Positions 26,971 through 35,802 of a stretch of 64,000 nucleotides of DNA are shown here, piece by piece. The translations under genes were made by a program, and so were the position numbers. The DNA comes from a virus (taxonomy: Duplodnaviria > Caudoviricetes), in the IMG/VR virus record IMGVR_UViG_3300047539_000071, positions 2,372 to 66,371 of that record. One strand, given 5' to 3'. Position 1 is the first letter of the stretch. Each line of letters opens with the position of its first letter. The notes under the pieces are model-generated. The model worked only from the letters and a program-made list of their open reading frames with translations, did not search any database and had not been told where the DNA came from.

Positions 26971-27129
26971 GGAAGACCGGTGCCGAAGCGGGGCGGTCAA
27001 ACTCTTCCTAAAACCGAAAGGTACAGAAGGCACCGTTACGAGAACCCCGCTCCTTAATTTTGGCCCGCAGCGGATGCCACAAGAGCTGGCTGCGGATTCC
27101 AGGGGCAACCGACGCCAACTCGGTCCCTG
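26971..27129 (+). ncRNA. Candidate structured RNA upstream of terL
   Basis: Perfect 7-bp pairings 26978-84/27029-35 and 26987-93/27045-51, GAAA hairpin, two further stems. Confidence 0.4.
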
Positions 27130-27131
27130 TA

Positions 27132-27168
27132 CGACGCCACCGGATAAAACCGGTGGCGTTGCTTTTTT
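27132..27168 (+). terminator. Intrinsic terminator immediately before terL
   Basis: CGACGCCACCGG-ATAAAA-CCGGTGGCGTTG followed by T6. Confidence 0.8.
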
Positions 27169-27187
27169 CGCCGTGCGATAATCGGAT

Positions 27188-28846
27188 ATGCCCGAAGCGC
27201 CAGCATTCCGTAAATACGAACTACAGGAACAGATCGGTGAGAAACTTAAAAATCTTCTCCCTAGTCAACGCGCTTTCTTGTTTGGCCCGGAGAGATTCAG
27301 CGCGATTAGCGGCGGCTTCGGCTCAGGGAAATCTTTCGCGCTTGTTCTTAAGGGCCTCATTTTATCTGCTGCAATTCCAGGCAATGTTGGTAGTTTACTC
27401 TGCTATCGCGGGACTGATGTTGAGAAGCGCTTGGTACCGCTATTTATGGAAGAGGTTTGCCCGCCGCAATGGAGAAAGTCATACAACAAGAACAAGAAAG
27501 TAGCCGTACTCCGAAATGGATCAGTCATCAGTTTCGACCACATCAAGGACCGCACTTCTGCGGCTGCGTCTGGCGCCGGTACGGGCCGAATCGGTTCGAA
27601 CTGGGGCTGGTGCGGAGTTGATCAAGCCGAAGAAATAGAAGAGCAGCATTGGGATGCGCTGATGTCCCGCCTCCGATTACCGCGAGCGCCGCGGAAGTTC
27701 GGTTTCATGTCCCTCAACCCGGCGGGACGAGATTGGATATGGAATAAGTTCTACCAGAAGGTGCGACCCTGGCCGAAGGATAAAGACAATCGTGCGCAAC
27801 CGATTGACAGCCAATTTTTTCAGGTACTGCGCCAAGCCCCGAACACTTTAGGGGTTTGTGTTAACTCAGAAGAGAACAGAATTTCAAATGGAGGGTTCGT
27901 TGAAGACGCCTACTTCGATTCACTACTCGAAACTTACGGATTGGCTTGGGTGGAGAGATTCGTCTGGGGACAGTTCGACGACTTCAAAGGAAAAATGTTT
28001 CCCGACTTTAGCGGCGGCCTCGTTGACTACGACTCGGCTAGCGTCCACGTCATCGATGACTTTCCCATCCCCCGCCACTGGTCTCTCACCACCGGAATTG
28101 ATGTCGGCGGCGATTCGCCGTGGGCCGTTGTCCCTACTTATTCAGACGAGCAAGGCAACCTCGTCGTCACAAACGGTTTCCACGCCCGCACTGGCAGGGT
28201 TTCCGAAGTCTGCGCATGGATTAAACGTCACACACCCTGGAACGATAACCGGACCATGCACGTTCTTGATCCCGAGAACAAAATCGCAACCATCGAACTT
28301 TCAGACAACGGAATTTACTGTCAGAATGCCATCAAGGATGTTAATCCCGGCCTCCTCAGAATGGAAGGCTATGTCCACGTACATCCTTTCCGTCGTCTCC
28401 CGCACTGGTACCAAGAGACGCAACCGCAGGCGAAGTTTGAGAAATTTCGTAAGAAGGGTTCTCCTAAACTATTTGTTTTTAAGTCCGCTATGGTTGCGCG
28501 AAAAGAACTAGATATCTGCAAATGGGATCCAGAGAAGACCGACAAGATGTATAAGAGTTCGACGGCTCGCTTTGACGCCGTAGAAGCTATCCGCTATGTC
28601 ATCATGTCGAAGCCAGAAGCCTCAAAGGTCGGCATCGACGAGAACGCCGACAAGTATTATGAGATGGAGAAGAAGGACCGCGGGGCAGCTGCGGAGTGGC
28701 GGGAGATGGAGCGCCGCAGGACAGCTCGCGCTGGCAAAGGTAAGAACCCGCTCCTCGACATGGATTCGGATAACGATATCAGCAGCGTGAAGTCAGAGGA
28801 GTTTATGGGTAAATCGCAGCGTTGGGATTTTGGCGATGGAGAATAA
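27188..28846 (+). CDS. terL: Terminase large subunit
   Basis: Walker A SGGFGSGKS, Walker B-like GVDQAEE, SLNP coupling motif, RNase H-like GIDVG...DAVEAIRY. Confidence 0.92.
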   Translation: MPEAPAFRKYELQEQIGEKLKNLLPSQRAFLFGPERFSAISGGFGSGKSFALVLKGLILSAAIPGNVGSLLCYRGTDVEKRLVPLFMEEVCPPQWRKSYNKNKKVAVLRNGSVISFDHIKDRTSAAASGAGTGRIGSNWGWCGVDQAEEIEEQHWDALMSRLRLPRAPRKFGFMSLNPAGRDWIWNKFYQKVRPWPKDKDNRAQPIDSQFFQVLRQAPNTLGVCVNSEENRISNGGFVEDAYFDSLLETYGLAWVERFVWGQFDDFKGKMFPDFSGGLVDYDSASVHVIDDFPIPRHWSLTTGIDVGGDSPWAVVPTYSDEQGNLVVTNGFHARTGRVSEVCAWIKRHTPWNDNRTMHVLDPENKIATIELSDNGIYCQNAIKDVNPGLLRMEGYVHVHPFRRLPHWYQETQPQAKFEKFRKKGSPKLFVFKSAMVARKELDICKWDPEKTDKMYKSSTARFDAVEAIRYVIMSKPEASKVGIDENADKYYEMEKKDRGAAAEWREMERRRTARAGKGKNPLLDMDSDNDISSVKSEEFMGKSQRWDFGDGE

Positions 28847-28988
28847 AGACGACAAGGTCGTAGAAAGCATCCGCAAGATCGTTACGACATTTCCGAAGCA
28901 TGCCATTTACGACTTCGGAGAGCAGCTAACGTGGCAGCAGATCGAGGCGTGGGGAAGACTAATCAACGAGCAATGGGGGAGCACATAA
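28836..28988 (+). CDS. Hypothetical protein (50 aa)
   Basis: Translated by hand (MENKDDKVV...); TAATG coupling to the next gene. Confidence 0.45.
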   Translation: MENKDDKVVESIRKIVTTFPKHAIYDFGEQLTWQQIEAWGRLINEQWGST

Positions 28989-29365
28989 TGTTCGGCTGGA
29001 AACTGATAAGAGAATCTGAGTTGCTGCTGATGAAGCAAATGGCCGATATGGAATTGAAACTGGCGGTCGCGCGCGTCCTCCATGCAGAGACCTACGCAAC
29101 TAAGTGGGAAGGCATCGTCAGCCACGAACGCGAACGGATAGATCACGAGCGGGAGAGGGCCGACCGCATCGCCGATTCCCTCTTCCAGAGCTCCGGTCTG
29201 CCGCCGGTGAGCCCGGTGGTGATTGCCGAAGAGAAAGAGAAGCAGCACGAAACCAAGATGGCCCAGCAGGACTACGAAAAAGCCATGAAAGAGATCTTCG
29301 ACGAAACGTGGGACGAAACGATCGCCGAGTCAGACGAAGGCGTCGTTTCACCACCGACACCGTGA
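28988..29365 (+). CDS. Coiled-coil hypothetical protein
   Basis: Lies between terL and portal. Confidence 0.6.
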   Translation: MFGWKLIRESELLLMKQMADMELKLAVARVLHAETYATKWEGIVSHERERIDHERERADRIADSLFQSSGLPPVSPVVIAEEKEKQHETKMAQQDYEKAMKEIFDETWDETIAESDEGVVSPPTP

Positions 29366-29388
29366 GATAATCGATACTGAGGTTCGCA

Positions 29389-31806
29389 ATGGCAAGCACT
29401 TATAGCGGAAGCGAGAACACTGATCCGATAATGAAGCCTTCAGAGGCTCCAGGCGCTCCGGACGAGCAGGATACTCCTTCTGATCCATACAACCTAAAAG
29501 ACCCTGACGTACTCGCAGATATCAACGAGCGCATAGATCGCTGTCTTAAGGCCGATGCATTCTCCCGTATTTTTTTCGAGAATAATTGGGGCCGCAACGT
29601 TTTCTTTTATGCCGGTGCACAGTGGCTGCGTAAGGTCGGCGGCAAGTGGGAGCGCCGCAATCTACCCTCATGGTTCCCTCGCAGTCAAACCAACAAGTTC
29701 GCAGAGAAGGCAAACGACATCATTACCCAGCTGTTGACGGGCGGGCGCGTTCCCATCTCTTACTCGCCGGCAACCGACGATGAAGCCGACATAGGCGTGG
29801 CAGAAGTAGGTGAGAGCATCCGCGACGTGATGTACACCGAAGCGGAGTGTGACCAGCAGGCACAAAAGGTTGCGAGTTGGATGGTCATCACCGGCAATGC
29901 TTTCGGCATCCCGCACTACGACATGGATGATCGCTACGGAACTGTTGCGAACCCTATGGCTCAGGGCGCCGCAGGCCCGGAACAAAAACCAGAACTAGAT
30001 GCAGACGGTCAACCGAAACCAATTTGTGAATCTTACCCCCAGGGTGCGCTGCAATTAGAAGTGTGCGGCCCGTTTGAAATCCGTGGCGACTACCGCATCG
30101 ACGATGTCCGTAAGTGGAAGAATTTCGTTCACCAGAAGCGGTACGATTTAGCGTGGGCAAAAGAGCATTGGCCTGATTTCAAAGACAAGATTGAACCGGA
30201 TGCGGGAACCTCCAATGACACCTCCCAGTTCTTTATGGACTTATTTGCGAACCTCACTCCAGACTTTGCGTTTGGAGCGGGGTTGGCTTCGAACAGTTCC
30301 ACCAGCGGCAAGTATCCCAAGGTCACTGCCTACTGCATCCGCGAACTTCCTTCGAAGAAGTATCCGGAAGGGCTCTTTGCTATCCGGCTCGGGAAGACTT
30401 CCTCGGAAGCGATCGTAGAAGCCGGTCCTCTTCCACTAAAGTTTGGTGTCGGAGTGAAGAAAGGCCAATACATGCTGCCCTTAATTCATTGGGGCTGCAA
30501 TATCGTTCCTGGCCGTCTCTGGCGTAAGACGCCGATGGACGATCTAGTTTCAATGCAAGTTTTCCGCAACATGGTGGAAGCGAACATCCGACTGTCCGTG
30601 CAACGCATGGGGAACGCGGTATGGTTGCTGCCGAAGGGCTGCGGCGTGGATACATTGACGGGAGCACCGGGACAGCAGATTCCCTACAATCCTTTTGTAG
30701 TGGGCGGTACGCAATTTGCCAAACCTGAACGCGTACCGGCGGAATTAAATAACCTCGGCGCACTGATCGCTCTCTTGAAAGAGATCGATGGTTGGATGGA
30801 ACAAGTCGCCGGAACGTTCTTCTTGCAAGGCGGAAACGCACCCCCGGGTGTAACCGCAGCGTCAGCTCTCGCTTACCTCGGGGAGAAGGGCCAACAATCC
30901 CTATCTACCCTGCGCTCCGGATGGGCGCTTGGATGGGCAGAGTTTGACAAAATGGGCCTGGAGATCTGCCGAGAAAATTGGGATGACACAAGAATGCGAG
31001 CCGTAGCCGGAAAAAATCGGAAATGGCAAGTTGAGAAGTTCACCAAGGCAGACCTTCAAGGCTCAGTCAACATCATCATCGATTGGAACGCCCTAGCGCC
31101 GAAGTCTAACGCGACCGAACGCGCCACTATCGGCCAGCTGGTGCAGTTAGGGTTCGTCGATCCGCACGATCAAGAAATGCAGATCACCGTTCTAAAGAAA
31201 TTCGGCGAACTGTCCCTGAAGGGCTCGCTCGACATTGATATCGAGGATGCTGCAAAGGAACAGGACCGATTCATTCTCAAGAATCAGCAACCGCAGGTTC
31301 GCCCGTTCGTTGACAACTCGATGGTTCATTTGCGCGAGCATGTGGACTTTGCGAAGACCGATGAATTCAGGGAGATGCCGCAAGATAAGCAGGATGCGTG
31401 GTATGAGCACATTAAGAACACGGTGCTCGACATCACTACTCGCAGACAGATGCTGACGCAGACTGGTTTGGATCCTGACCAGCCGGCATTGGCTGAGGTG
31501 CCCAGCGCCGCAGCTGCGACCGCAGCTCAGGCAGCGCTACAAGCCCAGCAGCAACAGGCCGATGCTGCGGCAGCTCAGAACGGCGGCGTACCGAATGGCG
31601 CCGAGGGTCCGGATGCTCGACTAAATCCAGACGGTACACAGCCAGCACCCGCCCCGGACGGCAGTCAAATGCCCGACTTAGCGGACACCAACGCCCCGAA
31701 CGCGCCGCAGCAGGCAGCTGGCGGCCCCATACAGGCGGCCCCTATGGCGCAGCCCCCAAGCATTAAACCACCCGGTAGCCCGCGAACTATCGGAGTTCCG
31801 CAGTAA
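29389..31806 (+). CDS. Portal protein
   Basis: 805 aa after terL; FYAGAQW, TNKF, PATDDEAD, podoviral portal layout with disordered C-terminal tail. Confidence 0.85.
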   Translation: MASTYSGSENTDPIMKPSEAPGAPDEQDTPSDPYNLKDPDVLADINERIDRCLKADAFSRIFFENNWGRNVFFYAGAQWLRKVGGKWERRNLPSWFPRSQTNKFAEKANDIITQLLTGGRVPISYSPATDDEADIGVAEVGESIRDVMYTEAECDQQAQKVASWMVITGNAFGIPHYDMDDRYGTVANPMAQGAAGPEQKPELDADGQPKPICESYPQGALQLEVCGPFEIRGDYRIDDVRKWKNFVHQKRYDLAWAKEHWPDFKDKIEPDAGTSNDTSQFFMDLFANLTPDFAFGAGLASNSSTSGKYPKVTAYCIRELPSKKYPEGLFAIRLGKTSSEAIVEAGPLPLKFGVGVKKGQYMLPLIHWGCNIVPGRLWRKTPMDDLVSMQVFRNMVEANIRLSVQRMGNAVWLLPKGCGVDTLTGAPGQQIPYNPFVVGGTQFAKPERVPAELNNLGALIALLKEIDGWMEQVAGTFFLQGGNAPPGVTAASALAYLGEKGQQSLSTLRSGWALGWAEFDKMGLEICRENWDDTRMRAVAGKNRKWQVEKFTKADLQGSVNIIIDWNALAPKSNATERATIGQLVQLGFVDPHDQEMQITVLKKFGELSLKGSLDIDIEDAAKEQDRFILKNQQPQVRPFVDNSMVHLREHVDFAKTDEFREMPQDKQDAWYEHIKNTVLDITTRRQMLTQTGLDPDQPALAEVPSAAAATAAQAALQAQQQQADAAAAQNGGVPNGAEGPDARLNPDGTQPAPAPDGSQMPDLADTNAPNAPQQAAGGPIQAAPMAQPPSIKPPGSPRTIGVPQ

Positions 31807-31826
31807 TGCGGTAGAATAGGAACATC

Positions 31827-32165
31827 ATGTTACAGGAAACCAATTCATCAGTTTATCTGCCCAATGCCGTCGATGGCAACGGTTTCGCTTACCAGGTTCA
31901 GGAAACTCACACCGGGGGTGTTACCAATATCCCATCCGGCACCGGCTGCCAACCCGCTAACGGTTGCTGCCCCAATTGTGGGCGCTGCCCGCATTGCGGA
32001 CAGACGCCGATTAACCCGCCTCAGGTTCCGCATCACCTTCCCGCGTACACAATGACGCCACCATATCGCACGGAGAACGCGGCCTACGAAAGTTATCTCG
32101 AGTACGACACGGACGGTGCTGCTCATCGCGCGAACATGCAGAACCGCATGGACATCTCTCACTAA
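31827..32165 (+). CDS. Hypothetical protein
   Basis: CPNCGRCPHC; TAGAAT upstream. Confidence 0.5.
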   Translation: MLQETNSSVYLPNAVDGNGFAYQVQETHTGGVTNIPSGTGCQPANGCCPNCGRCPHCGQTPINPPQVPHHLPAYTMTPPYRTENAAYESYLEYDTDGAAHRANMQNRMDISH

Positions 32166-32491
32166 TGGACGCCGGAATTCAGTTGGCGCCACTCACGGAC
32201 CCGAAGCCGTGGGGATGGGTGGGACCGACGGAAGAAGATCTCTCCACCCGCCGCAAACCGCGACGTTATGCGACCGTAGATGTGGGCAAATGCGAACCGT
32301 GCCCTTGGCCTCTCGACTTCTGCATGTGGCTTGGGTCTGAACTCTTCTTCAGTAATCGCAGGCACATTCTTCAGATGACAGGCGCGACCTGGATAGGCGA
32401 CGACCCCGTACCCACGAATGGTACACTGGCACAGGGACTAGAAACATGGTTAAAATCTGTATCCGGTCTCTCTGAAGTAGCGCACAACTAA
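32165..32491 (+). CDS. Hypothetical protein
   Basis: TAATG coupling. Confidence 0.55.
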   Translation: MDAGIQLAPLTDPKPWGWVGPTEEDLSTRRKPRRYATVDVGKCEPCPWPLDFCMWLGSELFFSNRRHILQMTGATWIGDDPVPTNGTLAQGLETWLKSVSGLSEVAHN

Positions 32492-32569
32492 TACCGGAGC
32501 AGAAGAACTCGAAAGAGTACCGGACTCAAACGGCGGAATGTTCTGACTATGCCGACTAGGTAGTGCACT

Positions 32570-33280
32570 ATGCGGCGCATTCTCGCTCTTCTTCTGTCCG
32601 TAGGTATGGCTCTATGCTCTTTCATCGGACTGCCCACGGGGTATGCTAAATCCCAGCGCCACAAAGCCGCCCACATCATACTCATGACTGCCGGCGATCG
32701 CAAAGCCGGTTGCTCGGCTACAGCAGTCGGCCCGCACACCTTACTCACTGCGGAACACTGCTACGTTGGACAAAACACCTTACTCGGGATGACTCTCGGA
32801 CAAGATGTTTGGGGTCCGGAGAAACTTTACATCGACTCAACTGTTGATGAAGTCCGCGCTGGTACAGCGGTGCAGCACGTCATCAAACGCATCATTCTCG
32901 ACCATCAAGATCACATGCTGCTGGATTTCGGATCCGACACTCACTTCACGACATTCATTCCGATGAAATTTCGGGAGCCGGTACAGGGGGAACATTACTA
33001 CCTGTTCGGCAACCCCGCCCTTATCGTAGACCAGTACCGCGAGGGTTATGTGACGGGCAAAGATAATATGTCACCGGACGAAGAAGGGTTGGAATACTTC
33101 ATCTCCCATACATGCTATCTGTTGTCGGGCCCGGTTGTGGGCGGGGATAGCGGGTCGTCCATTTACGCCCTAGATGGTACACTCATTGGCATTACCACGT
33201 ACGGTCTGGAGGATGGTGCGTTCATCGGTTCGTACCCGATACGATTTACCGCTTCTCAAATCAATGAATCTTTGATATAA
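32570..33280 (+). CDS. Trypsin-like serine protease with signal peptide
   Basis: Catalytic triad TAEHC, QDH, GDSGS; hydrophobic N-terminus. Confidence 0.88.
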   Translation: MRRILALLLSVGMALCSFIGLPTGYAKSQRHKAAHIILMTAGDRKAGCSATAVGPHTLLTAEHCYVGQNTLLGMTLGQDVWGPEKLYIDSTVDEVRAGTAVQHVIKRIILDHQDHMLLDFGSDTHFTTFIPMKFREPVQGEHYYLFGNPALIVDQYREGYVTGKDNMSPDEEGLEYFISHTCYLLSGPVVGGDSGSSIYALDGTLIGITTYGLEDGAFIGSYPIRFTASQINESLI

Positions 33281-33289
33281 AGGGGAATC

Positions 33290-34015
33290 ATGACCACAAA
33301 GAGAAAGAGTGATCAGGAACCGTCCGCGGAAGAGAAGCAGCTCTTCCTAGCCCAAGCCGCGCAGGCTAAAGCCGAGGCTCTGAAAGCAGAGCACGAAGCA
33401 GAAGGCCACAGATTCCAGACAGCGAACATCCGCCTTCAGTATGAAGAGAACAAGCGCGTAACTGACACAGTGTTGGCTGGCGACAGCTACCACCACGTCT
33501 ACCGCTTCCAGCAGGAAGTGGACGAGCTATCGACTTCCGTTTGCATGTCCACCCTTGCGCGGTGGGCGCGCATGGACCCTAAGTGCGATATGGAAATCAT
33601 CTTCAATTCCCCCGGCGGGTCCAGCATCCACGGCCTCGCACTGTACGATTTCCTGAAAGACTTGACGCGCAAGGGACATTTTATCCGCACGAAAAGTCAA
33701 GGCATAGCCGCCTCTATGGCGGGTGTTCTGCTTCAGGCGGGCACTGTTCGTGTGATGGGCCGAGAATCCTGGCTTCTAATCCACGAGGCTTCTTTCGGGG
33801 TGGGCGGCAAGATTGGTTCCGTGGACGACACGGTTGAATGGGTCCGCAAGATGTGTGACCGCATGCTCGATATTTTCTCGGAGCGGGCGGCAGAAGCAAC
33901 ACATAAACCTGTGAAGAGCGTTAAGGCTTTCATCAAGAAGAGCTGGACTCGAAAGGACTTCTGGGTGTCCTCGGACGAAGCCCTTAAATATGGGTTTATT
34001 GACGAGATAGACTAG
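33290..34015 (+). CDS. ClpP-family protease
   Basis: NSPGG, AASMAG, LIHE, DEALKYGFIDEI. Confidence 0.9.
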   Translation: MTTKRKSDQEPSAEEKQLFLAQAAQAKAEALKAEHEAEGHRFQTANIRLQYEENKRVTDTVLAGDSYHHVYRFQQEVDELSTSVCMSTLARWARMDPKCDMEIIFNSPGGSSIHGLALYDFLKDLTRKGHFIRTKSQGIAASMAGVLLQAGTVRVMGRESWLLIHEASFGVGGKIGSVDDTVEWVRKMCDRMLDIFSERAAEATHKPVKSVKAFIKKSWTRKDFWVSSDEALKYGFIDEID

Positions 34016-34056
34016 GGCCTATTGCCGCTGCGGTAAACTATAGGCTGGAGCCTATT

Positions 34057-34239
34057 ATGCCGTGGGACGAAGTTTTGGACAAATGGAAGGCGGGCAAGTT
34101 GCATTCTGGATCCAAAACTGGTCCCGATGTGACCGGCCAAAAGCAGGCAGTAGCGATCATGCTGTCAGAGAAGAAGGCCGCTGGTGAAGGGAAGAAAGAA
34201 TATTCCGCATCCGGGTTCTCGGGAGTCAAACACACCTAA
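34057..34239 (+). CDS. DUF6496-like small basic protein
   Basis: KAGKLHSGSKTGP.V...KQAVAIMLSE. Confidence 0.75.
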   Translation: MPWDEVLDKWKAGKLHSGSKTGPDVTGQKQAVAIMLSEKKAAGEGKKEYSASGFSGVKHT

Positions 34240-34360
34240 ATGCTTCGTTTGCGAAAAACCTATAACGAAGGTAATCGAGTTCGATAATCGCCAGCAGTGG
34301 TGCAAGAAATGCTGGAAAGAACACTTGCGCGAGTTGCGCTCACTCTGATATAGTCTCCTC

Positions 34361-35338
34361 ATGTCACGCAATAAGCAGCCCTTCTGGAAACAGAAACCAC
34401 AGAACGTGGCGCCGCAGGCACAGCCACAAACCCCTCCCCCTAACGCCCCAAGCTATGCGCCGGTAGCCGGCAAACCGCCGCTCAAAGTCCTGGTAGCGAT
34501 TTTCACCGGCGAAGAACGCCACGGTTGGGTCAACCCCCGGCTGGCAACGACTCTCCTGAAGATTGCATTTGACCGACGTATTGCCATGAGCTTCGTGCCG
34601 GTCCATGCGGTTCATCCGATCTGCGCCGCCCGCAACATGGCGGTCAGCGAGTACTTCCTGAAGAGTGATTGCGACATGCTGGTGATCTTCGACAATGACG
34701 TTTGTCCTCCGGACAACGTAGTAGATGCCTTTATAAGCATGCCCGATGAAGCCAACGTCGGCGTGTTGCCGTATTGGGTTTGGCTGCCGGATAAGAAGCA
34801 CACGATGCCTTGCTTCGGTCATTGGGAAGACGGCGTAATGATCATCCCTGATCCGACCACCATCAAACGCGGGTGGCAGAAGATGGGTGCTGGCGGTACC
34901 GGCTGCATGTTTATTCGGCGGAAGGTATTCACGTCCCCCGACAAATTGGCAGCACCGTTCTTCAAGATCATCTCGACAGCCGAGAAGGGTCAGGTCGTGA
35001 GCGAAGATATCTATTTCACTGGGCGGGCCGCGGAAGCGGGTTTCCCGACATGGCTCAACCCCGACTTCATTTGCAGCCACATGCACACCGTCGATTTGGC
35101 GGAAATCAACATGGGTACGGTGATGATCCTGAACAGATTCACCGAAACCCTCAAAGCTAAGTACGGCGAGAATGGCGTAAAGCTCGGCACATTGATTCAG
35201 GAGCTGGCGCCGGAACTCAAGGAGTCTGCGGAGAAACTCCGAATCATCTCTGACGCAGCCTATGATAGCGTTGCGCAGTCCGAGAAGGAAGGCGCGGAGC
35301 GCCAGGAAATCAGCCGCAAAGCAATCAAAGAGGGATAA
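34361..35338 (+). CDS. GT-A glycosyltransferase (GT2-like)
   Basis: ARN, FDND (DxD), GTGCMFIRR.VF, SEDIYF. Confidence 0.85.
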   Translation: MSRNKQPFWKQKPQNVAPQAQPQTPPPNAPSYAPVAGKPPLKVLVAIFTGEERHGWVNPRLATTLLKIAFDRRIAMSFVPVHAVHPICAARNMAVSEYFLKSDCDMLVIFDNDVCPPDNVVDAFISMPDEANVGVLPYWVWLPDKKHTMPCFGHWEDGVMIIPDPTTIKRGWQKMGAGGTGCMFIRRKVFTSPDKLAAPFFKIISTAEKGQVVSEDIYFTGRAAEAGFPTWLNPDFICSHMHTVDLAEINMGTVMILNRFTETLKAKYGENGVKLGTLIQELAPELKESAEKLRIISDAAYDSVAQSEKEGAERQEISRKAIKEG

Positions 35339-35470
35339 TGACTAAATATTTGACTGGCAAACCTTTCTCAGTGGCGTGCTCTCGCGGCAACCTAACCGAC
35401 ACGGAGTACTTTGTCCGTGTTGGCGCTCTTGTATATTGTCCGACTTGTAAGACGGAGAAAGCCCCACAAC

Positions 35471-35644
35471 ATGAGCACTCGACAAACACAGATCGTAAAG
35501 GAAATTGAATTCATCCAGCAGCGTGCGCTGCATCTTGCTGTGCAACCGCGGAACGTCTACGGCGTGCTCCTGCGAGAGGATGACCGTGCAGAGGCGGGCA
35601 TGCTCCGTCAACTGATCGAAGAGTTGGAAGGTGAATTGCTATGA
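35471..35644 (+). CDS. Hypothetical protein
   Basis: 57 aa, overlap-coupled. Confidence 0.45.
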   Translation: MSTRQTQIVKEIEFIQQRALHLAVQPRNVYGVLLREDDRAEAGMLRQLIEELEGELL

Positions 35645-35802
35645 ACGACACCGCCACTCGCTACTTAACGGGCACCGGCTTTATGATCTGCGCCGGTTGC
35701 CTCGTCTACTTAGGGCAATCCGTCTTCTCACTCATCCCCGCTGTTGCCGGCGTGGTTGTGCTCGGCTCGCTACTACTTGACAAGATCCGGGAGGGCAAAT
35801 GA
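35641..35802 (+). CDS. Small two-helix membrane protein
   Basis: MNDTATRYLTGTGFMICAGCLVYLG...; ATGA overlaps. Confidence 0.5.
   Translation: MNDTATRYLTGTGFMICAGCLVYLGQSVFSLIPAVAGVVVLGSLLLDKIREGK

Noticed and set aside
26970-27055. Cobalamin riboswitch or HDV-like ribozyme
   Set aside because: GGGAA..GGTG is present but the AAnTCC and CCCCGCAACTGT elements are absent; HDV junctions (P1.1, J4/2) do not fit
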